From NCBI GenBank assembly GCA_964035545.1, contig OZ037767.1:28226628-28290627 (forward strand): 64,000 nt of DNA. The letters run 5' to 3'. A model generated the notes under the pieces. It saw only the letters and a list, made by a program, of their open reading frames with translations, was not told where the DNA came from and searched no databases. Source of the stretch: Bugula neritina (Eukaryota > Animalia > Bryozoa). The translations under genes and the position numbers were made by a program. Of the stretch, positions 48,201 to 61,864 are shown piece by piece. Every line of letters starts with the position of its first letter. Position 1 is the stretch's first letter.

Positions 48201-50241
48201 TTTATAGCCTTAGGCTCTTCATGATAGTGGAATATAATCAGAGGACACCAGTTTCACTCCCCCAACTCGAAGAAGTCTTTGTGTTGATTGCATGAGTTGT
48301 TTTAAAATCATTTTTATGGCACAATCTAAGACTACTAATGTATATGTTTGTTGCATACTATAAGACTAGATATTATAGGATCACATACTAAGTCTGCTAT
48401 GCTAGAAACTAAGCAGCAAGTACTTTATCACCAGCTAGAACTTAATGCAGGGCTAATTGTGTGTTATGATATGCAATATGTCATAGCAAAAAATCAATAG
48501 CATTTTTCCTACTAGCCACTAACTAAATGCAATGCTGCAGGCCCACAGAACTGCAGGCCCACAGAACTACAGGTCCTGGTACTAGCAGGCCCATGAAGCT
48601 GCTGGCCCAAGTAACATGCCTATAGGTCTCTATTATTTAATGATACAACTGACGAAATGAGACTCGGTGGTTTAAACCTCATAATGAAGTTATTTTTTGC
48701 CTGATTGATTAAAATGTTTTCAGAATTTTCAAATATGATATTAGCTAATATAACACACCAAAAAGTTCACCTCGAAGTCTAGTAATTATGACTTCGCAAT
48801 GAAAGTATAATAACAAGACTGGAACAGTCAGCATTTACAGTAACTATCTTTGTTCTACCTGTTTTCTGAGGGTAGGGTGTAGAAGGTCCCCTCAATTTGC
48901 TTTGACCACCTTCTGTTTTATCAGGATAAGAACTCCAACTATCTTCCTGAAGAAATCTGTTGTCTTGACTCAGAAAAGCCTTCGGTTCTTCCCGTCTGTA
49001 AAATGCCGTCGAATCCGGTTCAATCTCCCCACTATAAGGATTGTCAAACCTAACCACCCCTCGTCTCTGTGTGTTGTTTGCTCTTGCTCTGTTCTCATAA
49101 ATCGAGTTGTTCTGCAGCTCCTGCTGGTACTTCTGGGACTGCCACTCTCGTATTAGAGACTCTGTAGTTCTCTGCCACCCAGCCAGATCATCTCTGTCAT
49201 GATACTCTTCTAGGTAAGACCTGGTGAGTCTAGGCTGAGAGTTATCATGTTCAGGTTTCGGACGGGTGTGGTCTGAGTGCAACCCGCTGTTCCTATAGCC
49301 TTTAGTTTTCATCCTTACAATGTCTAAAACGAAACATAAACAAATAAAATACCAGATATTCAAGTTTCAATAGTACATGTGTATAAGTATTTTTAACACT
49401 TACTCCAAGACACAAAAATGAGCTTTAGAGTTTCTATTTTCTAAAACTTTTTGGTGTTTTTTTAATTATTTATACATCTCAATTTGTTTTATATTTAATT
49501 ATTTTAAACTTCTTCAAAATTATTTATTCAATGCAGGTATAACTCGCATAACTCATGACATGAGGTGCAGGTATCTTGCATAGAAGTAATGAAATCTGGT
49601 GCTTAAATATATCTAGCCTAAGTTACTTGAATCAGAAAAATAACTCACTTGATATTATGATAGGAACCTAGAACAACTAGTTATAGGCTTATAGCGCATG
49701 TAAAGTTAAATAATGTTTTGGTGAGATTTGTTAAAAGATTTACTTCTCAATAGTTTATGAGTTAACAATATGTACTAAGCACTATTGAAGTTAGAATAAG
49801 TAAGTCTGACAGAGTAAAGCTGTGAACACATGTTACCTGAACCTCTCAACCTTCTCCATGCAATGAAACCTTATCGTTCTCATGTACAGACAGTTGTGAG
49901 ACTAAATGAAGAGAGATCGAAAAAACCATTCGCTGATTACACTCTGTGTGACTAACTCACGACAACAAATGGCGTCAAAGTTGTGTATAATGAGTGAAGT
50001 TTATTTTATTATAATGTCTGTCAGCATTGCTTGCAGCTGTAGATAAGTGTATAATACGATAAGAGCTGCAAATCAATAGCTAAGTCATGTGTTTATTCCT
50101 CAGAGACAATATGGAGAATACTATATAAGTACCCTTTACATAATATGTTTCTGTATATCATGTATATTTCTATATGCTCTGTGCTGCAAAGCATATGTTA
50201 TACTATTATACTTTTACTACAGCACAATAATTAATTATCAT

Positions 50242-50303
<62 letters not shown>

Positions 50304-53300
50304 TTTTTTTTTTATCTTATTTATTTATTTATTTTAGTTATTTATTTATTTATTTATGTTTATGTTAATATTCATATTCATATTCATATATGCAGTGTTA
50401 TATAAGTGAATATAGTTTAGTGTGCTGGCAAGAAAACTCTAAAATAATTAGTTATCACAGATTCAGTTAAATTACAAAGTATACATAATTAACTAAAGTA
50501 TTGTATTTTGGTGAAACTCCCATTTGCATTGTCACAAAATTTCCAAATAAATTTAAGAATTGTATATTTCTGACTGCTTTAATAGACAACATATTTCTTC
50601 CACTTCATGTTGTAGTAACAATATTATTAACTTTCCATTCTAAAGTATAACAATATTATTATATTGGTATTGTAGAACATAGTTGTGTTCTCTTGCCACA
50701 AACAAGCTGTAGTTTCCCTGTGTAATCTGCACAAGAGAAAACTTCATTGCCAATAGTTGTATTGATTATACTGCATTGCACTGCACTGCGCTGTGCTGCG
50801 CTGCACTGCACTATATTGTACGTATTGCACAATATAGACTATATTACATTACACTGCACTGCACTGTCACTGCACTAAACTACAATACATTACACAAGTA
50901 AATTAGCCTGCAGTAGTGATATCAACATAAGTTTATTATTTTGACAAGTTTTACCTAATTTAAATCTTGAATATACCCTATACTACTACAACAATGCTCC
51001 TTCATATAATCATGCAGCTTTTAAGCTTTTCAAAGGTTTTTTAGAAGCTCTTTACTTCAACTCCATGCAGAGTTTTTCTTTACTTAGAATACCAAGGCTA
51101 CTATTATATATACTTACAATCATCAGTGACCACATGAGGCACAACCGGGAGGTCCGTGGGCCTCTTGGCGGGAGCGGAGTTGGTGGTTGAACACTTAAGT
51201 TGGCTCTCTTCTAGAGATCTCTGTTTGGATATACTGTTAGAGTCTAGAGGTCTTTGTTTGGTTACAGAGTTAGAGTCTAAAGATCGCTGTTTGGTTATAG
51301 TGTTGGGGTTGTGTTTGCTCAGCTCTTTACTGCGAGAGGTAGGTTTTGTAGGAATGTAGTGAGACGACCCATGGCAGCTTGTACCAATCATAGAACCCTG
51401 TGAAATGTATAGCAAGATATTTTATACAGATCATAAAATAGTATAGCGTAGTATAGTATAGCGTGTATAGTGTAGTATAGTATAGTATAGCGTGTATAGT
51501 GTAGTATAGTGTAGTATAGTGTAGTATAGTGTAGTATAGTGTAGTATAGTGTAGTATAGTGTAGTATAGTGTAGTATAGTGTACTATGTAATGTTGCACT
51601 TGGTATACATAGAGCAATAATAGCCATAATTTTATGTGTTTATTTAGTATACAATCTCAAAATCAAAATTCAATTTATGTACCTATGATAAATCAATCAA
51701 CGGATAAAAAGGCTGGAAACATAAATAATACTTTATTAAATTTTTATAAAACTATGCTAAATTTACTTTATTTAGGATTACAGAATAATTATACATGGTA
51801 TAACATTATTACATTATATAATACTATAATTACAATATAATATATGATATAATTTTATAGATATCATTATTATTGATCACAGCTACCTTGTGTTTAGTAA
51901 TATTCCCTTTACATGCAGTAGAGATGGTTACTGGTACATTATTGTACTTTTTGATATGATTCAATAGCTACTACTAACCAAATGCCCATCTACACAGTTG
52001 TAATATTCACATTGATTACTTAAAACAAAGAAGGCTCTATATTTCTATTATCAAATAGTATCGCATTTTCTGCTTCTAATTACACATAGTTGTAACACTT
52101 ACAAGTGTTATCTAAGTATATATACTGTCATATGGTTGGTTAGTAAAACTATGGCTCATATATTTTCTCATTTGTATATTTTATTTGTTTTACAAATTTA
52201 ATTATTGCTTTTCCATCTTTTAAATGAAGACGCATCAGTTCTGTAAGGAATAAAGCCCACAGCCAACAAATTACAAACATTTCAATTCTAACTTTTCTGC
52301 TAGATTATTATTTTACTCACAATTTATAGACTGATATATACTGCCATTACTGCTATAGTCTTTGTATCCTACCACCTTTTTACACTAAAAGTTAAACAAT
52401 TATCAGTATGTAGTATATAGTATTTCAGTATTTGTTTTCATAAATTAAAACTTTAAATTAAATTAGATTTTTTTGCACTTTTTCATCATTATTGATCAGA
52501 CTAATGAATAATATTTTTTAAGAAGCTGACAATTAAGAAATGTCAGCAATTACTCCAGTAAAATGCTGCCAAACCACCACATTTTAAACATTTTTGTAGA
52601 ATAAGGAACCTATCATAAGCCAGAGTTTTAAGAGAGTATCTAATGACCTAGCAGATGAGAATCAGTAAGAAGTTTTGCCTCTAAAAGAAAAATTTCAAGC
52701 ATAGATATTATTTGTATATTAAAGTGAGTGCTACTACCATGTAACAGCAGTAAAGAGTTGGTAGTCAGCAGGAACTTACTAGCTCTGTCCCCAAAACATA
52801 TTACAAATAAATAGCACTCAGGCAAATACACATCCTTATAGCTGTTCCATTAATATAGAGAAATGCATTATCTTTTTTTTATGCAAAATTATGCAGAAAT
52901 ATTATTAATTAAATATAATATAATTAGCAATGAGAAATTTCATTCCTATAAGAACTGTAAACACAAATGATCAAAGTAGAACTAAGTTTCGTGACCTATC
53001 TGTCATACCTTGTTTGAATCCTGGTTTATCTCACTGGTAGATGTTGCAAGTCTGGCAGCAGTGGTGGCGGCAGCAGTGGTGGCGGCAGCAGTTGTATTCA
53101 CAGACTCTGTGCTGCTGCTATCAATATATGGAATGTCACTACTGCTGCTATGAAAGATGTTAGCAAATCTTCTTTTAAACCTTGCAAAGTCAGCGGTCAG
53201 TGTTGTTAGCGGTGAATTGTCCAAAATTTGTTCAAAGTCCCACATTTCAATGTCGTCTGAGTATTGCTGCATCACTTGTAGGCTCTCAGTATAATGCTGC

Positions 53301-53486
53301 CAGGGATAGCTGTCTTTGTATGACACCGGCAGCAGTGGACAAGCAGCGCTATTAGCAAGTTGTGTCACCCACCAGTATGACTCAGTTTCCTGTGAATCTG
53401 ACGTCTGCAGGAATGAAATCCTTTCTCGACCTTGAACTTCTGGCAGAGCGTGAAATGTGATGTTGTGGCAACTAGAAGATAATGGT
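45258..53486 (-). CDS. MAPK8IP1: JNK-interacting protein 1/2-like scaffold (JNK-docking motif, SH3, PTB); 5' end not resolved
   Basis: Exons 53486-53009, 51397-51118, 49323-48859, 47701-47576, 47366-47176, 46946-46842, 46210-46133, 45849-45671, 45330-45258. KRPTDL docking motif; SH3 [22 protein letters not shown]...DDGWC...GIFPSVY; [25 protein letters not shown]...YFGFITKHP...FACH; C-terminal EELYLE resembles the JIP1 kinesin-light-chain-binding EDIYLE. Confidence 0.92.
45495..45670 (-). repeat. ~21-bp minisatellite repeating the donor GTAAGTATT
   Basis: About 8 atgtaatacttactctac units on the plus strand, ending at the true donor at 45670. Confidence 0.8.
46491..46540 (+). ncRNA. Minimal type I hammerhead-ribozyme-like motif (Penelope/retrozyme type)
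   Basis: CTGAAGA (46500-46506), T, stem GGGTAC-agtg-GTACCC, GAAA, TA, TC putative cleavage triplet end (46531); flanks attgctact/agtgtaat can pair as stem I. Confidence 0.55.
47432..47575. repeat. 20-bp minisatellite (CCTCAGTCTAAGCTGTTAGA) x~7
   Basis: Regular 20-bp period abutting the donor of the SH3 exon. Confidence 0.92.
50244..50356. repeat. (TA)n plus (TTTA)n microsatellite
   Basis: Direct inspection. Confidence 0.9.
51438..51585. repeat. (GTAGTATAGT)n satellite
   Basis: 10-bp period, intronic; generates the spurious YTILH/HYTTL ORFs. Confidence 0.92.
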
Positions 53487-56400
53487 CTGAAATATAAAAA
53501 ACACATGCAGTTGTTGAAAGACTCTGTCAATCTCAACACCTGCTATCTATGTTCATGTGTAGAGCATATAACATTGCATCGTTCTAAGTTAAATTTGCAC
53601 ACACATACACACAGTTGATTACCATGAAGGAGGAAAGTTATGCAAAACATAGATTTACTTGTACGTAAAAGTGTTTAAATGTTTATGATTTACAATAATA
53701 GCAAAAGGAGAGTATCAAAAAAGCTATGCGGCACATTTTATGACTGTGTCATCAAATGATTTTTTACCAGCTGGTGAAATGAGGTGGTGGAAATCTAAAA
53801 CCTAAAATGCTCATCTCCCGCACATATATGAAACATTCTATAGCGTTTAGCTTGCCTAATACTCATGACTTAGCCTTGAAACTCAAGTATAGCACAAACA
53901 ACAATACTAATAAAGTATTCTATTCGAAGCTATTTACAGGGGAGATAACTGAGCACAGCAGAACTTCAGATTGAGGTTGAAACAAATGCAACACCTTCAT
54001 CAAGGTTAATGGTACACATGACAAACAATGTAATATTCTATATAATATAATCTTATAATATAAACTAACATAATCATAAGAAAGAAGAGCAAAGCAAACC
54101 TTTGTAATATTCTATAGCCAGGTATTCAATTATTATCCAATGTCTCTTTAATAGTTGAAAATAATTCAGTGTCTGAATGTGTAAAGATCACCCAAGAGTG
54201 CCCAATTCACCCACTCAACTACACTTAGCTAGCACCACTCTGCTTCACTACGTTATGTAACTGATTTTCTCTTAAAATAACCCTTTAAACCAACAAAGTG
54301 CATTGCTGGCAGGCATAGCGGAGACTTTGACCAACTACTGGATAGAAGCTGTTAGACATAACTTAATATATAGGTAGAGGAGAGAATATAATGTAATAAC
54401 ATAGTGTATGCAGTGAAGCCCTGTATGTAAGTGCAAGGGTTCTTGCTCTGTAAATTATATACTCTGTATTATTTGGTTAGTATTGAAGTTTCACTAGTTA
54501 CATAAATGTTTAAGCATGTAACTTCTGCCCGAAGACATATAATTTATTGCACAGCAAGAACAAGAACAACGCCAACCTATAGCTTGTTGCTTTGCATACA
54601 ACATTTCCGACTACCCTGGGATCAATGGAATAATAATTATTACCGTATAGTTGCATGCCTAAAGAATAAGAGTTTTCGTTCCATGAGTGTTTTATGATAA
54701 TTGCTGCCAATATGAGCTGAAGATTCAATTTAAAAGCAAAAATCTTATGGTTTTCAGGTTGTTCAACAAAATTAGATTTTACTTTTGTATCAATAGTTAT
54801 TCTATTATATGCATTATAATATTTTATTATGTTATATATAATATAATATATTATAAACTCATAGCTGCATGCATCCTTGTGATGGAAAGAGTTAAAGACT
54901 GTGCCTAGTTGCAAAGCTTTCAGAATAGCAAAGCAGTAAATATTACCAGATGCCCTTCCTCATATAATCATACGTGGACCAGACAGAGATTTGAGGCTGT
55001 GACCTAACAGACGTATGTTACACTATACCAGCGCTCTAACAATTTATGACATATGGTGTATCAAATTATATTTTGGATTTCAATTTATATTTTGTATTAC
55101 GTATATCGTCTCCCAATGATGTTACTCTTCTCTAATTATGACTTGGGGTAGCTCTGAACACAAATTAAAAGTCAATTGTTTAGTTTATTATATTAGTTTT
55201 CTATTTGTTAAAAAAGAAGGATGGTTCGTTGTAAAAAAATTAAACTACCTTTAGACGTCAGCAGTTTTATGGCATGCATTTGCGACAGAAAAAGATTATA
55301 TGCTTTTTATTTTATTTATCAGATGGAGCTAAAACTCAAAAAGTTAGAATTTCTATAATTAATTTTTTGTAGTTGTTTTTTATTTAGTTTTCAATAAATA
55401 CATGTTAAATATACTTTTTAGGAAAATAACTTAATTAATTTATTTATAATGTGAAAACAGCGCATCATTTAACTTTTTATTTAAACCTTCAAGGCTCTAG
55501 AATCAATATATTATTATTAATTGTAGTGTTAATCATATCTAAACATGCCACATGCACAAATCTGATAGCAAAAACCTAAACAGTTACAACTAGTTGTCCA
55601 ACAAATACAAGGTTAAACTTTTTGCACTAGTATTTAATTTAATATTATATAACCAGAAATATAGACAGCTTAGCTAATGTGCTGTACATTACATAAGGCA
55701 CATCACTAAAGTAATCTAGGTTTGTTTCTCACATAATTTAATAGTTAACTAACAAGTGTGACATGTATGAAATAGGTATATGACATGTTTGGCAGGTGTG
55801 TCAGGTTTAACATATGTATGATATGTATGACAGGTGTATCATGAGTGACATGTATGACATGTATGATAGATGTGTCATGGGTGACTGTTGCAGTAGCTTT
55901 TTGGCAGCTTTCCAAAAACCATTGTGTAACGAAAGCTATTTGTGAAAGCTTTCGCGATAGCTATTTACTGATAGTTTTTGTTCATGAGTCAGTGTAGCTC
56001 AATTTTCCTCCTGCTAAAGATGCAGGCAATCTATACTTAATTGTCAAAATAATTGTAAGTATCAAGTATTATATTATCTTTTGTTTTGAACTTCATTAAC
56101 TAAATGTTTTGTCAGCTATGTAATTAATGTTAAGTTATCTAGATGTTTTGTAATTTTTATAGTTAGAGGTTACAGTATGAGTACAAGTATGAGTATGAGT
56201 ATGAGTTTAAGTATGAATGAAGTCTAACTTAGAAAATATACTGTTGGCAATAGACAAAAATAGAGTTGTGGCCTGCATCTGTGTCCTCCATCCATTCACC
56301 CTTCATTAAGTGAATCACAATACATAGGCATCCGTGCCTAACAGCATCCGTGCTGACAAAGCAACAATTATCAGCTGATACAGTAACCATTATGGCTGTC

Positions 56401-57444
56401 ACAGTGACATGTATGACATATGTATGATGGGTATGTCATGGGTGACATGTATGATATGTATGACAGGTGTGTCAAGTCTGACAGTATTACATGCATGATA
56501 TGTATGACAGGTGTGACATGCATGGCAAGTATGATTTATTATAATTTATAACAACATATAAAATAAGTTACTGAAATACCTGCAATTTGAGATTAGTTGA
56601 ACCTATTCCTACAGTCTTTGAAGTTTACAATTTCTACACTATACCTTTGTGTTCTAGTATATTGGAGTAAGTATTCCTGGCTAATACCAAAGTAAAAGCA
56701 ATACTACCAACAAACTCTGTAACTTGGCAAATTTTGAAAGCATCTAAGCATGTGAAAGTGTGAAGAATCTTCATATATGAGTGTGAGTGTTGTAACTAAG
56801 AGATCATCATTTGAATATTATGTTTGCACAAAACATCTTGAAAGGAAACTCAAGTGAAAACTTGCCACAATCTAGATTTGTAAATTATTCTAATGACAAT
56901 CATTTACATATACTCATACATGCTGTCCACAACAACTGCAAGTGTCTTGTAATTGTTAAAGAATATGGGAGTGCAATTCACTTCTCAACAGGTACTAAAG
57001 TTGTTTAGTTGTGCTGGACTTGTGGGTTAAAACCAAATAGGGCCTACCATCAGCGTTATCCCTGACTATAAATATACATCAGTATTCTGTAGCCCTTGGT
57101 TCTAAATTGGAAATCAGTCCAAGAAAGTTTTTCATTTCATTTATTTCTGATGGTAAAAGTTGTCTACCCCTAGCTATAATCATAAAATAGAAAGATATAT
57201 TTGACAATACTAAAATGCCTTGTTTTTCTTACAAATTTAGTTGCGGAAATTGTCCCCTCCTATTTTACTATGATTCATAGAGTGCTTCCGGCTATGTTGT
57301 TGTTTTCGATTCACCAAACAGGTTGAAGGTTTGATCTTTATTTGTAGATATAGTCTGTAACATATGGCCCTGTTGATCAAAGTCTTTTAGTAAAAGTGCA
57401 ACGCAGCCATATACTTACATCTGTTGAGTTATCTGGTGGGCCCA

Positions 57445-57537
57445 GTGTGTGTGTGTCGTGTGTGTCGTGTGTGTCGTGTGTGTCGTGTGTGTCGTGTGTG
57501 TCGTGTGTGTCATGTGCCGTGTGTCGTGTGTCGTGTG

Positions 57538-57606
<69 letters not shown>
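57445..57606. repeat. (GTGTGTCGT)n plus (TG)n compound microsatellite
   Basis: Direct inspection. Confidence 0.95.
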
Positions 57607-57609
<3 letters not shown>

Positions 57610-59468
57610 ATATGGAATGCTTAATTTTACACTATAGCTTGTTATACCTCAGCATTGCATTCCTAATTTTAGTACACGAGAATTTATGTTTGAAAAATGT
57701 TGGGTTGTGAATTAACCTCACTTAGAAGCTTATAAATATCAACAATTTGTAACTAAACCTTATATTATGAGATGTAATGACACCCTTTCAGCACTGAGTC
57801 AGTCATTCATTCAACCTAGCTTTATAATATTAGTGCATCATATTGATTTTAGTATTCACTCAAACTCAACTTTTCACAGCGAATACATTAGTTAGCTAGC
57901 GAGTTAAGGTTAGTACTCTACGCAGTCTACTGCTTATGATTAGCTACACATACCTTTCAATATGTTGGGTTCTAAGTAGGTTTAAACCTGACAGCTCAGA
58001 TATCTTGCTGAGATTCGAAGCTTCCATGTTGAGTTCATGTATTGACTAGAATTTAATTCACTTTTTACAGCTCAAGCTTTAGATACTATGCCTCAAAGCT
58101 TGATAAAAATCATTAATAGAAAATATCATCACTGGAGTATTGATTAAACGTTTAGGTCAACCCAGTATGTTTCAAGTGATGATAACTCTAAAACATTAGA
58201 CTAAATAATTAAGTAGAGTTTATTACGGCTTGAAGGCTTTGGAAACTGAAAAGACACTGTAATTATTACAATATAATTTTCAAATTGAAAGTTAGATTAT
58301 GAATGTAAAAATGTGTTAAAATGTTAACTTTTATTGGTCCATTTATCTAAAATAAATAAATTACAAAAGTTTTGGGTGAGTTGAGTTATGTGACAGCAAG
58401 TACACGGTAGCCAAACATTGATTTTGGACACACACACCTCTAAGGTCAAGAGGTCAGCATATGTATTACAAATATGCAGACATTGTGCATAGCTTAGCCA
58501 TGTAACACCACAGCAGCCATGTAAATGTATGCATCAGCTAGAACAAGAGTTGTCTTGTCTAACAGTTTGAGTTTTGATATAATTATTAATATATTAATAA
58601 TTAATATTATTAATAATTATAATAGCTTAATTATTATTATAGAAGCTGGAAATATAGCCTTGATTATTGAAACTACATAAAAATGGTTAGCTAGCATTAT
58701 ATACAATAGATTGTATGTAAGTTAAATTTTGCTTAGTTGAGTTTAACTTCGGCTGCAGGTAAATTTAATTAGAATTTTTCAAAAGTGATGTAAGAATTAA
58801 TAAACCTTAAGATAAACTATTTTTCCTATACCTCCAATGTATGCTGAAGATAAACACGTACACTATAATATTATATAAAGTAGCATATATACTGTATATA
58901 TACTGTATACTATATACTGCATGTGTGCATATGAGTGCTTAGTGATGGTTTCAAGGTTTAGTAATAAAAAGTCCTCATATCTCTTTAAATAAACATGGTG
59001 TGTGGTTCATGCAAATTTCATCCAATAAACTAACAATGATTGTAGAGCTGATATATTAAGTTATTTGTGGATGTGTGCAAGCACTCTATTGCAATAAATT
59101 TACCAATTTAGATTTTGAAAATGTGAATTTATCATGCAAATCTGCTGTACAATATACGAAGAACTATCACAAAATGTTCTGTGGTTGCTAAGACAAGTAT
59201 AATGTAAAGGAAAAGGTGGCAAATCAGGCAATATTTTTTGTAAATATCTAGTCATCAAATTATCAATGAAGGGGTCCACGAAGCTAGCTCACAAAATTTT
59301 ATCATTCCAGTTGTTTATATAAATGTTTTATTGTCAAATGACATACATTTATTGTGGGAGATTTTCACTGCAGCATATTGCAAATAAATGATATGCTGTT
59401 GTATTGATAACTAAATACCACAAACATAGCATTGCCAGAGGAGCCTGGCTGGGTATCTTCTTTCTCGG

Positions 59469-60342
59469 TTAAAAGAGAAGAGTTGAGATAACTCCAATGA
59501 ATGTAATTGCAGCTTTAGTGGATCTGAAAAAAATATGTAAATAAAAATAAATCAAATAATGCATTGAAATTCGCTTACAAAAAATATGTACAGCATACTT
59601 ACACTTTATATACAGCATAACTACATTATATATACAATATACTTACATATTATATATACAGTACACTTACATTATATACAGTACACTTACATATTATATA
59701 TACAGTATATTTACATATTATATATACAGTATATTTACATATTATATATACAGTACACTTACATATTATATATACAGTATACTTACATAATATAATATAT
59801 GCAGTATACTTACATAATTTAATATATGCAGTGTACTTACATTATATACACACTATACTTACATCACATACGCACAGTATACTTAAATTACATAATATAC
59901 TTACATGCCAGAATTGGCAGGAATCACAAATGTGGAACCAAAAGAACAATAAGTTCCCGAAAGGGCACACTGCAGGTCATAATTTCCGTATGTGTCTAGG
60001 GAGACACAGCAGCCATATTTACCATCATGCAGCTTGCCAAAGTAAGTACAGCCATTAGCTTCTAGGTTGTATGTCTCGCTAGTGCAGCTGTAAGTTACAA
60101 TATCAGCTACAAAATAATAAAATTATATTTCACTTTTAATCATCAAAAATAATATAACATTATTACGTCTATACTTCTCAGTGATAGACAATTACAAAAG
60201 AATTTCAAAATTTAAATAAATTGATACCGTGTAAAAATTAATTTATATATGAAATATTTTACTAACCTGATGCGGAATGTAGAGACAAACAGCTAAAGAA
60301 AAAGAGAAAAAGAAGAGGAATAGATTTGGTGTATTTGCTCAT
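59469..60342 (-). CDS. Small secreted, probably GPI-anchored six-cysteine protein (110 aa, 3 exons)
   Basis: Exons 60342-60267, 60106-59905, 59523-59469 with GT-AG ends and matching phases give MSKYTKSIPLLFLFFFSCLSLHSASA-DIVTYSCTSETYNLEANGCTYFGKLHDGKYGCCVSLDTYGNYDLQCALSGTYCSFGSTFVIPANSGISTKAAITFIGVISTLLF*. Minus-strand AATAAA at ~59350 and ~59330. Confidence 0.8.
59590..59904 (-). repeat. ~24-bp minisatellite repeating the donor AT|GTAAGT
   Basis: About 12 cagtatacttacatattatatata-like units on the plus strand, filling intron 2 of the small Cys-rich gene. Confidence 0.82.
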
Positions 60343-61864
60343 TCTAACTGTTTAAGTTGTACAATATTGTGCAGCTGTGCAGGTAGTACCTGTGCTGTAA
60401 TAATACGTAATAAATACACAGCAACGTGGTGTAAAACTTTTATATGTTTTAGATAACAAGTGGAGAGGTTATACACTATAGCTTGTGAGCGCTGACCTGT
60501 TTGAACACAATAATATATTGCTGCCGTGCAATCTCTATGAAAGGTCGGGAGATATGGTACATAAAAGTAATACATTTACAGGCAGCAGATCACTTTTTTA
60601 ATATAGGCAGCAAAAGAGCTTGATCAAGTATATATACTAATATACTGTGTAAATTATCATCACTATTATATTGTAATGTATAATATTATGATCAACATTA
60701 TATTGTATATATTATTATCATCATATTATTGTAATGCATGATATTATTATCACTGTTATATTGTAATGCATAATATTATTACTATTATATTGCAATGCAT
60801 AATATCATTTCATACAATTTTATTCTAATTATTCACACACGAATTCTACACATCAGACTGCATGGAGTAAATATTGAATTCATATCCGCAACAACAACCT
60901 GTTCATATTATATTTCGCTGGCTTGTATAACTTTTCTATCCCTGCCTTGTCTGAGCTGCATGACTCAACATGAAGTATATATTGAACTATTTATAGACAT
61001 TTACCCAAGTATTTGTAATCGGATATGTAATGCAACACTGTGAACCAGTTGGTTTCATGTTCTTTTCATTAATTCCATAAATTTAGAATACCTTTTCTAA
61101 TTCAAATGTAGTTGATGTATACTGCTACCCAAAGAAGTGTTGCAAAATTTCTGCACAATATTAATTTATTGCTGTGATGATTGTTTACTAAAACAACACT
61201 GGCATTATTATTTATAGAAGTTTTATTTTTTATAATTTTTCAATTTTGCTGAGTAGCAGTTTTAAGACTGCAGAATATGACAAAAGTACATTGCAATATG
61301 AACAACTAGAATTGGAGCGCATGGGAAAGCAATTCCATTACTTCAAAACCCTAAATGCACAATACAGTAACTCCTAATTTGAAGGCACATTTTTACAACT
61401 AACATTGTTGTGGATTTGATATCACAAAAATAAAATATTACAATAAATTATGTTTTTTAACGACAATAAAGGTAAGATTTTTGAGTATAATAAATAAAAT
61501 ATAAACAAGTGAGACCAGGCAGAAAGAAACTATCCATCAATAGGCAAACAAGTCAGACTTGAACTACATACTTACATGCTTCATTTAAAACAATCTACTT
61601 ATTTCAGCATTCTCTAGGAGAAAAACGTAGACTAAACAGAAATACACAATGGGCATCTGTATGAATAAAAACAAGTAAATAAGAAAACCATTGATTGCCA
61701 GACTATAACCTTGCTAGTTTTTAAGAGACAAAAAAACATAAAATATAGTGAGTTTGGGAGACGTGAGCTAAGAGCATTGAGAGTAGAGAATAGCTGTTGT
61801 TCACCAGAAGCTTGTTGAGAAATAATATATACAAGTGCAGTTGGGGGGGGTGAGAGGGCCCGGT

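Noticed and set aside
49837-49883. Possible alternative first exon of JIP1 ([17 protein letters not shown]|GTAAC)
   Set aside because: Phase 2 end is out of frame with the next exon at 49323; unsupported without transcript data.
57396-57710. Cys/Val-rich ORFs (CVCVCV); likewise YIYI and HYTTL ORFs at 37691-37978, 50089-50337 and 51327-51627
   Set aside because: Translations of microsatellites.
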